Source of the DNA: Ruminococcus sp.
GTDB lineage: Bacteria > Bacillota > Clostridia > Oscillospirales > Ruminococcaceae
Direction of reading: 5' to 3'
Assembly: GCA_017475555.1 (NCBI GenBank)
Contig: JAFVFL010000044.1
Location: forward strand, 684-32,683
Length of the DNA: 32,000 nt
Below are positions 9,126 through 16,714 of the stretch, in pieces. Made by a program: the position numbers and the translations under genes. The notes beneath the pieces are model-generated. The model was not told where the DNA came from, did no database searches, and was given only the letters and a program-made list of their open reading frames with translations. The first letter of the stretch is position 1, and each line of letters starts with the position of its first letter.

Positions 9126-12059
9126 TCACGCCCAGTCCTCAGCGTGGAATATGTTGCGGACAAAGTTGTAGATATGGGCATGGATAGAATTGTCACCGTG
9201 ATATCCGCCGTTTACGTAGTGCCATACATGAGGAACACCGTTGGCGGTGAAATTGTCGTGGTAATTCTTCGGATTGTCGTACACTACCGTGTCATTGCTG
9301 CCGGCTGTGATGAACAGCAGCATCGGGGACTCCTCCTCGCTGTTCCACTTAAAGCTGCCTGTAACTCCGGGTGCAGGGCATATCGCACCAACGTATCCGA
9401 AGATATCAGCGTGCTTCATTCCGATGAGTAGCGACTCACGTCCGCCCATTGAGAAACCGGTGATGGCAGTATTCTCTCTGCCGGTCTTTACGCTGTAGGT
9501 GGACTCGATATGCGGCATGAGATCCTTGAGAAGATCGTTCTCGAAGTTGTCATACGCTGCATTGTTTGCATCGTCCATAGCTGTGCAGTTCTCCTGGACA
9601 GCACTGGAATAGATGTACGGGAAAACTACTATCATATCCTTTGCAGCACCCTCAGCAATGGCGTTTCCGATTATCTGACGGGTGTACATCGTTCCGTTGC
9701 CTTCGGTTATCATTCTGTTCTGATTCTCCCAGTAGCCGTGCATAACATAAAGCACGGGATACTGTCTGCTGCTGTCGTAATTCGCCGGAAGGAGGATATT
9801 GTATGGCTTTGTGCGGTTGCAGGTGGTGGAGTAGTATGTGCCGCTCTTTACCGTTCCGTACTGCACTCCAGCCTTTTCCTGACGGGCGTCCTCAGGCTCA
9901 TACTCCTTGAAGTTCTGGTTCACTCTTGCTGTGTAGGGTGTCATAGTAAGCATATCATTCGTGTTATTCCCGTTATTCTCGTTGTTTTCGTTATTCTCAT
10001 TATTCCCGCTGCCGGAGCTGCCTGACTTCGGGAAGGTCTTTATTTGACCGAGGAGATATTTCTGTAGCAGTACAAGGTCTGCAATAGTCTGCTGCCCGTC
10101 CTGGTCCACATCAAATGCGAGCCTTGCGGAGGTATCTGCAAATCCGCCGGTCAGTCCCTTTCTTGCGGGTATCATGTCGAAGGAATCAACAACTCCGTCG
10201 CAGTTCACATCTCCGGGAATGAAGCTTGTCGGCTCTGCTCCCCTGATGACTGTACCCTCCGGAGCACCTATCGCCTCGTCGATGTAGAAATTGCTGGTGG
10301 AATCCGCAGTCTCGATGTATATTTGTGCATCGGCAGCATCCTCAGGTATCTTATAGCTTATATTTGCAAGCTGTACCCACTCTCCCTTTACAGCCTCAGC
10401 AGCTGCGATCTCCGAGTAGTGAGCCTCGCCGTCAGAGCCGGTGTACTGCAATTTCATATAGAATGTATCCGCTGCACCGCCGTCGTAGTACATGACGTTG
10501 GCGGAGAAGCTGTAGCTGCTTCCGGGGACGAAGGTCTTTTTGTTAAGTGACTTCATCGCACCGTTCCATGCAGATGTCCTGTCCTGAACGAGGAGCGATT
10601 CACCGCCGTCGTATGCAGTCCTTCCGCTTGTCATGACTGTCGCAGCACCTCTCCCTGTCCAGCTGCACGTATCAGCCTCGAAGCGGTCATGATAATAGTA
10701 TCCGTCGCCGTCAACTGCGGGGACATACGGCTGTCCGCCGCCCTCAAGAGTCACAACAAAGGTAGAAACACTGTTTGCGGGGAGCTGAGCGTTGAAGCCT
10801 GAGCCGCTGTATGCCATATCAGCAGTGAGGGCGATATTTTCACTTCCGGACGTTCTGTAGCGGTCGATATTCGTTATCTTCTCGCCGCTGCCGAGGGTAA
10901 ATACCTGATTTATCTCGGTGCTTCCCTTGTTTATGGCAACTATCGCTACCTGTCCGTTGTCATTCTTGTATGCAGAGCAGAGGATATTGCTTTCAGGGCT
11001 TTCCGTGCAGCCTATCCGGATATCTCCCGGACGCACCCACTTTGAGAACTGAGCCATAGCATAGCCCCTTTTTGATACCTTGCCGTTATCCCACATAAAG
11101 CCGTACTGACGGCGGATATACCACCATACATAGGCGTTCATATTGCCTACCACAAGTGCGTTGTGGATATTCTCAGCGACCTGCACGCCCTCCGGCCACC
11201 TGTCTGCGGAGTTCTCATCGCTGTTCGGGACATATACCTCAGTCATCCATATTTCCTTTCCGCTGTTTTCAAGGGCTGGAAAGTCCATGTTATTGCGTGC
11301 TGTGCCGTAAAAATGGGTGCCGAACATATCACAGTTAGCCATAGCCTGCGGATTGTTCAGGATAGCATTGTAATAGCTCTTTCCGTAGCTGAAGCTCTCC
11401 GGGGACATCATTTTCGTATTTGTGCCGGACGTTACAGCCTTGCCGTAGTTTGCGAGGAACGAGGCACACTCATCTGGCGACCAGTACGTCCACTCACCTG
11501 ACCAGTCCGGCTCGTTCTGGACTGAGATAGAGTTCAGCTCAACACCCTGGCTGCTGCAATATTTTATGAAGCTGTTGAGGTGCTGTGCATACTCAGCCTG
11601 CTTTGACTTATCGAGGATATATTTTCCGCCGGTCGGGCCGCCGCTTCCGTCTTTACGCATAGAAGCCGGGGGATTCCACGGGGTCGCAAAAACAGTCGCA
11701 CCGAGAGCCTGTGCTCTCTGGGCGGTGGGTATAGCGTTCTTCCACGCATTCTGGTCGTCGCTGACGAAGATACGCAGTATAGTCAGACCGAGCTCATTAT
11801 CGCCGTTTCCGAATGCTGTCTGCACCTGCTCAGCGGTCATATCGCCAGTTGCACCGTACTGAGCGTTATAGCTCTGCCATTCCGGGTGGTTCATGCCGCC
11901 GAAGCCTCTTATCACCTGGTACTCCTCGGTCGTATCGACAATTACCCCGGAGGCTGCGTATGAGGTTACCGCCGCAGGAAGACCTGCAAAGGCACTGAGC
12001 ATGAGTGCTGAGGCAGTCAGCCCGGAGGCAAGGCTGGTCAATAGTTTTCTGATATCCAT
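9126..12059 (-). CDS. Cellulosomal multidomain xylan-degrading enzyme: signal peptide, GH30 (XynC-like glucuronoxylanase), CBM22/CBM_4_9-like module, dockerin, Asn/Glu linker, CE1-type esterase
   Basis: 977 aa. The GH30 block reads QVIRGFGGMNHPEW..LGLTILRIFV..ISVQNEPDW..IWMTEVYVPNSDENSADRWPE..AYVWWYIRRQYG and closely resembles Bacillus XynC as I remember it. The CBM part reads FEADTCSWTGRGAATV..SNFYIDEA. The dockerin reads GDVNCDGVVDSFD..FDVDQDGQQTIADLVLLQKYLLG. The esterase part reads YPVLYVMHGY..GFSMGGRESL. Confidence 0.85.
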   Translation of the reverse strand: MDIRKLLTSLASGLTASALMLSAFAGLPAAVTSYAASGVIVDTTEEYQVIRGFGGMNHPEWQSYNAQYGATGDMTAEQVQTAFGNGDNELGLTILRIFVSDDQNAWKNAIPTAQRAQALGATVFATPWNPPASMRKDGSGGPTGGKYILDKSKQAEYAQHLNSFIKYCSSQGVELNSISVQNEPDWSGEWTYWSPDECASFLANYGKAVTSGTNTKMMSPESFSYGKSYYNAILNNPQAMANCDMFGTHFYGTARNNMDFPALENSGKEIWMTEVYVPNSDENSADRWPEGVQVAENIHNALVVGNMNAYVWWYIRRQYGFMWDNGKVSKRGYAMAQFSKWVRPGDIRIGCTESPESNILCSAYKNDNGQVAIVAINKGSTEINQVFTLGSGEKITNIDRYRTSGSENIALTADMAYSGSGFNAQLPANSVSTFVVTLEGGGQPYVPAVDGDGYYYHDRFEADTCSWTGRGAATVMTSGRTAYDGGESLLVQDRTSAWNGAMKSLNKKTFVPGSSYSFSANVMYYDGGAADTFYMKLQYTGSDGEAHYSEIAAAEAVKGEWVQLANISYKIPEDAADAQIYIETADSTSNFYIDEAIGAPEGTVIRGAEPTSFIPGDVNCDGVVDSFDMIPARKGLTGGFADTSARLAFDVDQDGQQTIADLVLLQKYLLGQIKTFPKSGSSGSGNNENNENNENNGNNTNDMLTMTPYTARVNQNFKEYEPEDARQEKAGVQYGTVKSGTYYSTTCNRTKPYNILLPANYDSSRQYPVLYVMHGYWENQNRMITEGNGTMYTRQIIGNAIAEGAAKDMIVVFPYIYSSAVQENCTAMDDANNAAYDNFENDLLKDLMPHIESTYSVKTGRENTAITGFSMGGRESLLIGMKHADIFGYVGAICPAPGVTGSFKWNSEEESPMLLFITAGSNDTVVYDNPKNYHDNFTANGVPHVWHYVNGGYHGDNSIHAHIYNFVRNIFHAEDWA
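9963..10007 (-). repeat. Five imperfect tandem 9-nt repeats encoding the NNENNENNENNGNN interdomain linker
   Basis: Plus strand reads GTTATTCCC GTTATTCTC GTTGTTTTC GTTATTCTC ATTATTCCC. The repeat is in frame inside the GH30-CE1 gene. Confidence 0.7.
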
Positions 12060-12270
12060 TCAAAGATCACTCCCTGTAATTCTGATGATTTTACGATACG
12101 GTTCACTTTACAAATTGATTATATATTATTCATAAAATGTTTACAACCTAAAAAATGCAGATTTGGTGGAAAAAATGAAGAAAATATGTTGCACCCTCAG
12201 GTGAAATGTGGTATGATTATTGCAGAGGTATTACGATAATACCTGACTTTACAGAGCGTGGTGGAGCTGT

Positions 12271-14481
12271 ATGAACAAACGTCCATTGATAGGCATTATA
12301 ACTGCTCGTGCCTCAGGGGTGGAGCAGAGACAGATACTCAGCGGCATTCTCTCTCAGGCTGATAAGCTCGGTGCAGCTGTCGGCATTATTTCCAACGTCT
12401 ACAATTTTTCAGAATACTATGCCGATGTTGAGGTGGAGAACAAGATATACGAGCTTATCTCCTCAGAACGCTTTGACGGGTTTATCCTGACTGCTGAATC
12501 CGTGCTGGATCCGGTGCTTCAGAAATATATTATGGATAAGCTGACTGCACGAAGCGTTCCGGTAGTTGTGACAGGAGCAAGGCTTGAGGGCTACCCCTGC
12601 GTAAATAATGATGTGCGGGAGGATCTCCGGGATATTGCCAGACATCTGACCGATGTACACGGCTTTACCGATATCGACATGATAACCGGTCATGAGTATC
12701 TTGATACCTCGCAGGAGCGTGTCAGCGGAGTACGGGATATCCTCAGTGAAAGAGGGATAGAGCTGGGCAGTAATAAGGTCATATACGGCAATTTCTGGAC
12801 AAATTCCGGCGAGGAGCTTGCAGATGAATACATTTCAGGCAAAAGAAGGCTGCCGCAGGCTGTTATATGTGCGAACGACTATATGGCATACGGGCTTATC
12901 GACAGATTTTTCAGTGCGGGTATACGTCCGCCGGCTGATGTGTCGGTGGTCGGCTATGAATATGTAGGTGAACGCTTTTATCACTCCCCGATACTCACGA
13001 CGTATCAGCGGAACCGTGCAGCTGTGGGAGCAAAGGCACTCAGCCTGCTGTACAGTATGATAATGGGTACAGAGCCGGAGGATATACCGCTCAGCGGGTA
13101 CATGGTCTGCGGTGATACCTGTCCGTGCGGTACAGACCGGAGATATATGGGTGCGGAGCTGAATGCAGTCCGCAGGGTGCAGTATTATAATGATCTGAAC
13201 CTCTGCGGAAATTTTGAGCAGCAGACCACCGTCTGCCGCTCGATATATGATTATATAGGTGTATTGCAGGAATTTGCCTATCTGATACGTGATATCAGGG
13301 GAATATATCTGTGTCTGTACGAAAACTGGTGCAGTATCAATGAAAAATCTCAACTGAACAAAGACTCAGGCGATAAAACGATGATATGCTACCGTGTGGT
13401 CAGCCCTGAGGCAGCATCGCCTGAGCCGCATATATTCACCCGGCATATGCTCTTTCCTGAGGAGCTTCCGGGTGCAGGCGAAAAGCAGTATCTCTACTTT
13501 GTGCCGATGTTCTCTGCCGGTATCGAGTTCGGCTATTTTATCTTTCAGTACACCGCCCCGGACGGGTATGATATAATGATGACGGAATGGCTGAAAATAG
13601 CGGTAAACGCATTGATGGTGCTGAGAATGAAGAACGATATAACCACTCTTCTTGAGTGCAGCAGCCTTTCTGAATTTCATGATACAGCCACAGGACTTTA
13701 CAACCGCAGAGGAGTGGTAAGCGAGCTGAAAAATGCACTGAAAAATGCCGCACCGGATTCTGAGCTTGTTATGATAGTCCTCAGGGCGGGGCTGTTTTCT
13801 GATGAGAGCAATATTGACGGAAAGGGGATAGCTGTGAGGATAGATTCCGAAATTGCGGACTGCCTCAAGCGTGTTTCTGTGCAGCGCGGCAGCTTCTGTG
13901 CAAGGCTTGGCGTCAGTCAGTTCGTGTATGCGGCTGTCGGGAGCTTTACCGCAGATCACGCACTGGATATTGCAGACCGCCTGAAAATGCTCATCTGCTA
14001 TTCGCCGCTTTACAGAAAACACAGGGAATCAGGAGCAATAGTCGCTGTTTCGGAGGCTGTCGGTGCAGAGCAGGCAGACCCGGAGGAGCTGCTTTCACGG
14101 CTTTCGGAGAATGTCAGAAAGGAAGCGGGGAGGCTCATGGTGCAGAACAGCCGTAACGGTACCGCAGAGCTCCGGAGTATCCGCAATGCGATGTACAGGC
14201 AGCCGCAGCTTGTCTGGGACTCACAGGAGGTATGCAGCAGATCTCACCTGAGCTACGGGCATTTTCGTGCCTCATACAAGGAATGCTTCGGGATAAGCTT
14301 TCATCAGGATCTTATCCGGAGCAGGATAAGCTATGCGAAATATCTCCTCATGACGACCGCATACAGCTGCTCAGTGATCGCATATAAGTGCGGATATGAG
14401 GATGATAAGTATTTTATGCGGCAGTTCAGGAAGCTGACCGGTACTACTCCGAATACATACCGGAATTTCGGAGCAGGATGA
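12271..14481 (+). CDS. Hybrid transcriptional regulator: LacI/PBP1-type sugar-binding domain, central sensor region, degenerate GGDEF-like domain, C-terminal AraC-type HTH
   Basis: 736 aa. The N-terminus resembles periplasmic-binding-fold regulators (VICANDYMAYGLIDRF..VSVVGYE). The GGDEF-domain entry motif is ATGLYNRRG (aa 473-481), but the GGDEF position reads GVSQF. The AraC signature is at the end (IAYKCGYEDDKYFMRQFRKLTGTTPNTYR). Transcribed divergently from the GH30 gene. Confidence 0.75.
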   Translation: MNKRPLIGIITARASGVEQRQILSGILSQADKLGAAVGIISNVYNFSEYYADVEVENKIYELISSERFDGFILTAESVLDPVLQKYIMDKLTARSVPVVVTGARLEGYPCVNNDVREDLRDIARHLTDVHGFTDIDMITGHEYLDTSQERVSGVRDILSERGIELGSNKVIYGNFWTNSGEELADEYISGKRRLPQAVICANDYMAYGLIDRFFSAGIRPPADVSVVGYEYVGERFYHSPILTTYQRNRAAVGAKALSLLYSMIMGTEPEDIPLSGYMVCGDTCPCGTDRRYMGAELNAVRRVQYYNDLNLCGNFEQQTTVCRSIYDYIGVLQEFAYLIRDIRGIYLCLYENWCSINEKSQLNKDSGDKTMICYRVVSPEAASPEPHIFTRHMLFPEELPGAGEKQYLYFVPMFSAGIEFGYFIFQYTAPDGYDIMMTEWLKIAVNALMVLRMKNDITTLLECSSLSEFHDTATGLYNRRGVVSELKNALKNAAPDSELVMIVLRAGLFSDESNIDGKGIAVRIDSEIADCLKRVSVQRGSFCARLGVSQFVYAAVGSFTADHALDIADRLKMLICYSPLYRKHRESGAIVAVSEAVGAEQADPEELLSRLSENVRKEAGRLMVQNSRNGTAELRSIRNAMYRQPQLVWDSQEVCSRSHLSYGHFRASYKECFGISFHQDLIRSRISYAKYLLMTTAYSCSVIAYKCGYEDDKYFMRQFRKLTGTTPNTYRNFGAG

Positions 14482-14499
14482 TTTTTTGATGAAAAGGGC

Positions 14500-14528
14500 T
14501 TGCATTTTCTGTGCAGATGTGATATAAT
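14500..14528 (+). promoter_or_regulatory. Sigma-A promoter upstream of tRNA-Ala
   Basis: TTGCAT (14500-14505), a 17-nt spacer, then TATAAT (14523-14528). It sits about 112 nt upstream of the tRNA. Confidence 0.6.
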
Positions 14529-14640
14529 ATGTTCAGCAGCTGGTGAGTGCTGCATTTTGTGCGGCTTCGCAGGAAGTCTGGTAAGTGCAGCAGCCATCGG
14601 CGTAGAGCAGCAGAGGCTGCAATATACTATATATCTCATC

Positions 14641-14716
14641 GGGGCATTAGCGCAGCTGGGAGCGCATCACACTGGCAGTGTGAAGGTCACGGGTTCGAAT
14701 CCCGTATGCTCCACCA
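14641..14716 (+). tRNA. tRNA-Ala (anticodon GGC), CCA encoded
   Basis: A 76-nt cloverleaf. The acceptor stem GGGGCAT/ATGCTCC carries the G3:U70 alanine identity pair. The D arm is GCGC-AGCTGGGA-GCGC and the anticodon arm is TCACA-CTGGCAG-TGTGA. The T arm is ACGGG-TTCGAAT-CCCGT, followed by discriminator A and CCA. Confidence 0.95.
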
Positions 14717-14721
14717 AATTT

Positions 14722-14762
14722 CAGCCCATGTTTCGACGAAAACATGGGCTGTTTTATTTTTA
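14722..14762 (+). terminator. Rho-independent terminator of the tRNA transcript
   Basis: CAGCCCATGTTT-cgacga-AAACATGGGCTG is a 12-bp stem, followed by TTTTATTTTT. Confidence 0.8.
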
Positions 14763-14792
14763 TGTCTCCTATTCGGCAGCGGTTTTCAGAAG

Positions 14793-14850
14793 ATTTCCGT
14801 TATATTTCCGTTAGACCCGCAGTTTTCCGTGATGCATCCCTGAACGGAAT
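14793..14850. repeat. Cluster of four TTCCGT-core repeats, candidate integrase arm-type binding sites
   Basis: ATTTCCGTTA occurs at 14793-14802 and 14804-14813, and TTTTCCGTGA at 14823-14832. An inverted copy at 14843-14850 has the reverse complement ATTCCGTT. The cluster lies between the tRNA and the 3' end of the integrase gene. Confidence 0.45.
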
Positions 14851-14861
14851 GTACCAGTTCC

Positions 14862-14900
14862 AAATAAAAAAGAAAGCTCTCCTTGTTCGGAGGGCTTTCT
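14862..14900 (-). terminator. Rho-independent terminator of the integrase gene
   Basis: Minus strand reads AGAAAGCCCTCC-gaacaa-GGAGAGCTTTCT followed by TTTTTTATTT. The 12-bp stem has one mismatch. It starts 6 nt after the stop codon at 14906. Confidence 0.65.
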
Positions 14901-14905
14901 TAGTC

Positions 14906-16357
14906 TCAAGGCTTCTTATCTTTATGCGGGAGCAGCTTTTCCTCAATGGTGCAGGAGGCGATCTCATCAGCGGACTGGATGGCATGAACATAGATCTTGC
15001 TGGTGGTCGCAATGCTCGAATGTCCTAAGCGGCGGGAGACGGTCGGGATGCTCACACCTTCAGCGATGAGTAGCGTGGCATGGGTGTGACGGAGGGAGTG
15101 CGGTGTGAAGTGCGGGAGACCGTTGCGCTTGACAAACTTGCGCACCCAATCGGTCACGCTGTCGGGGTTCATGGGGGTGGAATCGTCCTTGATGAACAGG
15201 CGGTCATTGGGAACGAGCTGCTGGCTGCCATCCGCAAGCGTGATGAGGATGGTGTCCTGCCAGATCTCCTCTAAATATTGGCGCTGCTGCTGCCAGTGCT
15301 GACGATAGGAACGGAGCTGGTCGAACATCGTCTCGGACAGCTTGATGGTGCGGAATGAGGTGTCGTTCTTCGGGGATTTGGTGATGATGCCCATATGGTC
15401 TACATACTGGCTCGTCCTGCAAATGTGGATGACCTTGTTCTCGAAATCGACATCCTTCCATTCCAGCCCGAGCAGCTCTCCTCTTCGGATGCCGCTGAAC
15501 ATGAAGAGGTACATAATGGTCTTCCACTTGATCGGCTCCTCTTCGAGCAGCTCCAGAACGTGCCTTGCCTGTTCATCGTCGAGGAAGGCAGCCTCCTTGC
15601 GCTCCTGTCGGGGTGCCTTCATATAGTTCTTGTCGGCGATGTTGAACGGGATGAGCCTGTCTCGGGTCGCTTGTGCGAGGATGGAGCTGATGAGCTTGTG
15701 GTGGTGCAGGATGGTCTTGTCAGACAGACCGCCTGTGTCCTGATGAAGCTCGAACAGCTTGTCAACGGGGAGCTGCAGCCCCGCAGCGATCTTCCTGGCG
15801 GATTCAATACTGATGTGTCCGTCAGGCTTGCAGACGGCTCTGATGGTGGAGGGAGAGACACCGCACAGTGAGGCGAACTTACCCTGTGAGAGCCGCTTCT
15901 GCCGTATGATGCCCCCGATCTTGTCTGAAACTGCATAAGCACCCGTTCTCTTGACACCGTTCTCCCGCAGATTGTTGTAGAACATCTGCAAATGGCGGGA
16001 CTGGAGCTTGGCCAGCTTGATTTCCCCGATGGCGGTATTGATGGCTTTGAGCATCGCCTTGTAGCGTTCATAGGTCTTGGGGGCGAGCTGGGGAGGGCGG
16101 TTGCTCTCGAGCCAGCTCACCGCATACTCCCCGAAGCGGGTGTTATTGTCAAAGCAGGAGCCGCTCGTGACCGATTCCTCGAATTTCACGACCTGCTTTT
16201 GCAGCTCCCGCTCGATTTGTTTTGCTGTCATGCCCTCGGGCGGCTTCCACGTCATGGAGTGCTCGACCTGCTTGCCCTTGCTGTCATAGCCATCGTAGGT
16301 GCGGATGTAGTAGGTCACTTTTCCGCTTTTGGATATGTGTTTCTTGACTGTTGCCAT
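14906..16357 (-). CDS. int: Tyrosine site-specific recombinase (integrase) with an N-terminal arm-binding domain and an inserted XRE-type HTH
   Basis: Start is ATG 16357 (MATVKKHISKSGKVTYYIRTYDGYDSKGKQ) with AAAGGAG upstream. The catalytic region reads GIRRGELLGLEW..HSLRHTHATLL..LGHSSIATTSKIYVH. An HTH-like insert IRQKRLSQGKFASLCGVSPSTIRAVC..SARKIAAGLQLPVDKLFEL is also present. Confidence 0.9.
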   Translation of the reverse strand: MATVKKHISKSGKVTYYIRTYDGYDSKGKQVEHSMTWKPPEGMTAKQIERELQKQVVKFEESVTSGSCFDNNTRFGEYAVSWLESNRPPQLAPKTYERYKAMLKAINTAIGEIKLAKLQSRHLQMFYNNLRENGVKRTGAYAVSDKIGGIIRQKRLSQGKFASLCGVSPSTIRAVCKPDGHISIESARKIAAGLQLPVDKLFELHQDTGGLSDKTILHHHKLISSILAQATRDRLIPFNIADKNYMKAPRQERKEAAFLDDEQARHVLELLEEEPIKWKTIMYLFMFSGIRRGELLGLEWKDVDFENKVIHICRTSQYVDHMGIITKSPKNDTSFRTIKLSETMFDQLRSYRQHWQQQRQYLEEIWQDTILITLADGSQQLVPNDRLFIKDDSTPMNPDSVTDWVRKFVKRNGLPHFTPHSLRHTHATLLIAEGVSIPTVSRRLGHSSIATTSKIYVHAIQSADEIASCTIEEKLLPHKDKKP

Positions 16358-16411
16358 GTTGTTCTCCTTTCCTTGGATGGGGGATGCTGGTGAGAGCATC
16401 CCCTCTATGAT

Positions 16412-16672
16412 TTATGCAGAGATCTTGCGGATGCCAGGAACTGGCGCTTCTGCGGATACAGTGGTCATTGGTGTTTCTTCCTCATCGAGAGACAGCGTGT
16501 TGGTGTCGAGGTACTGCATCAGCTTCTCCCAGTTAATAAGGATCTTCTGCCCGACCTTCACACAGGGGATCGCACCGCTTTTGGTAAGCTGTAGCAAGTA
16601 GTTGCGGCTGATGCCGATATTGTGCTCTCTGCACAGCTTGGCGGTCTGGTTGATACTATTCATCTTGTTCAT
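16412..16672 (-). CDS. Excisionase-family/MerR-like HTH DNA-binding protein (Xis candidate)
   Basis: 86 aa with GAGGAGG 8 nt upstream. The HTH pattern is INQTAKLCREHNIGISRNYLLQLTKSGAIPCVKVGQKILINWEKLMQYL. It lies immediately upstream of int. Confidence 0.65.
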   Translation of the reverse strand: MNKMNSINQTAKLCREHNIGISRNYLLQLTKSGAIPCVKVGQKILINWEKLMQYLDTNTLSLDEEETPMTTVSAEAPVPGIRKISA

Positions 16673-16714
16673 AGAGTGAACCTCCTCTCATAGTGATAAT
16701 ATACAATTGACAAA

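Noticed and set aside
9963-10007. Tandem 9-nt repeats, considered as a CRISPR-like or regulatory array
   Set aside because: They are in frame inside a gene and encode an Asn/Glu linker. There are no spacers.
13672-14070. Active diguanylate cyclase in the hybrid regulator
   Set aside because: The GG(D/E)EF position reads GVSQF and the upstream metal-binding Asp region is not recognisable, so catalytic activity is unlikely.
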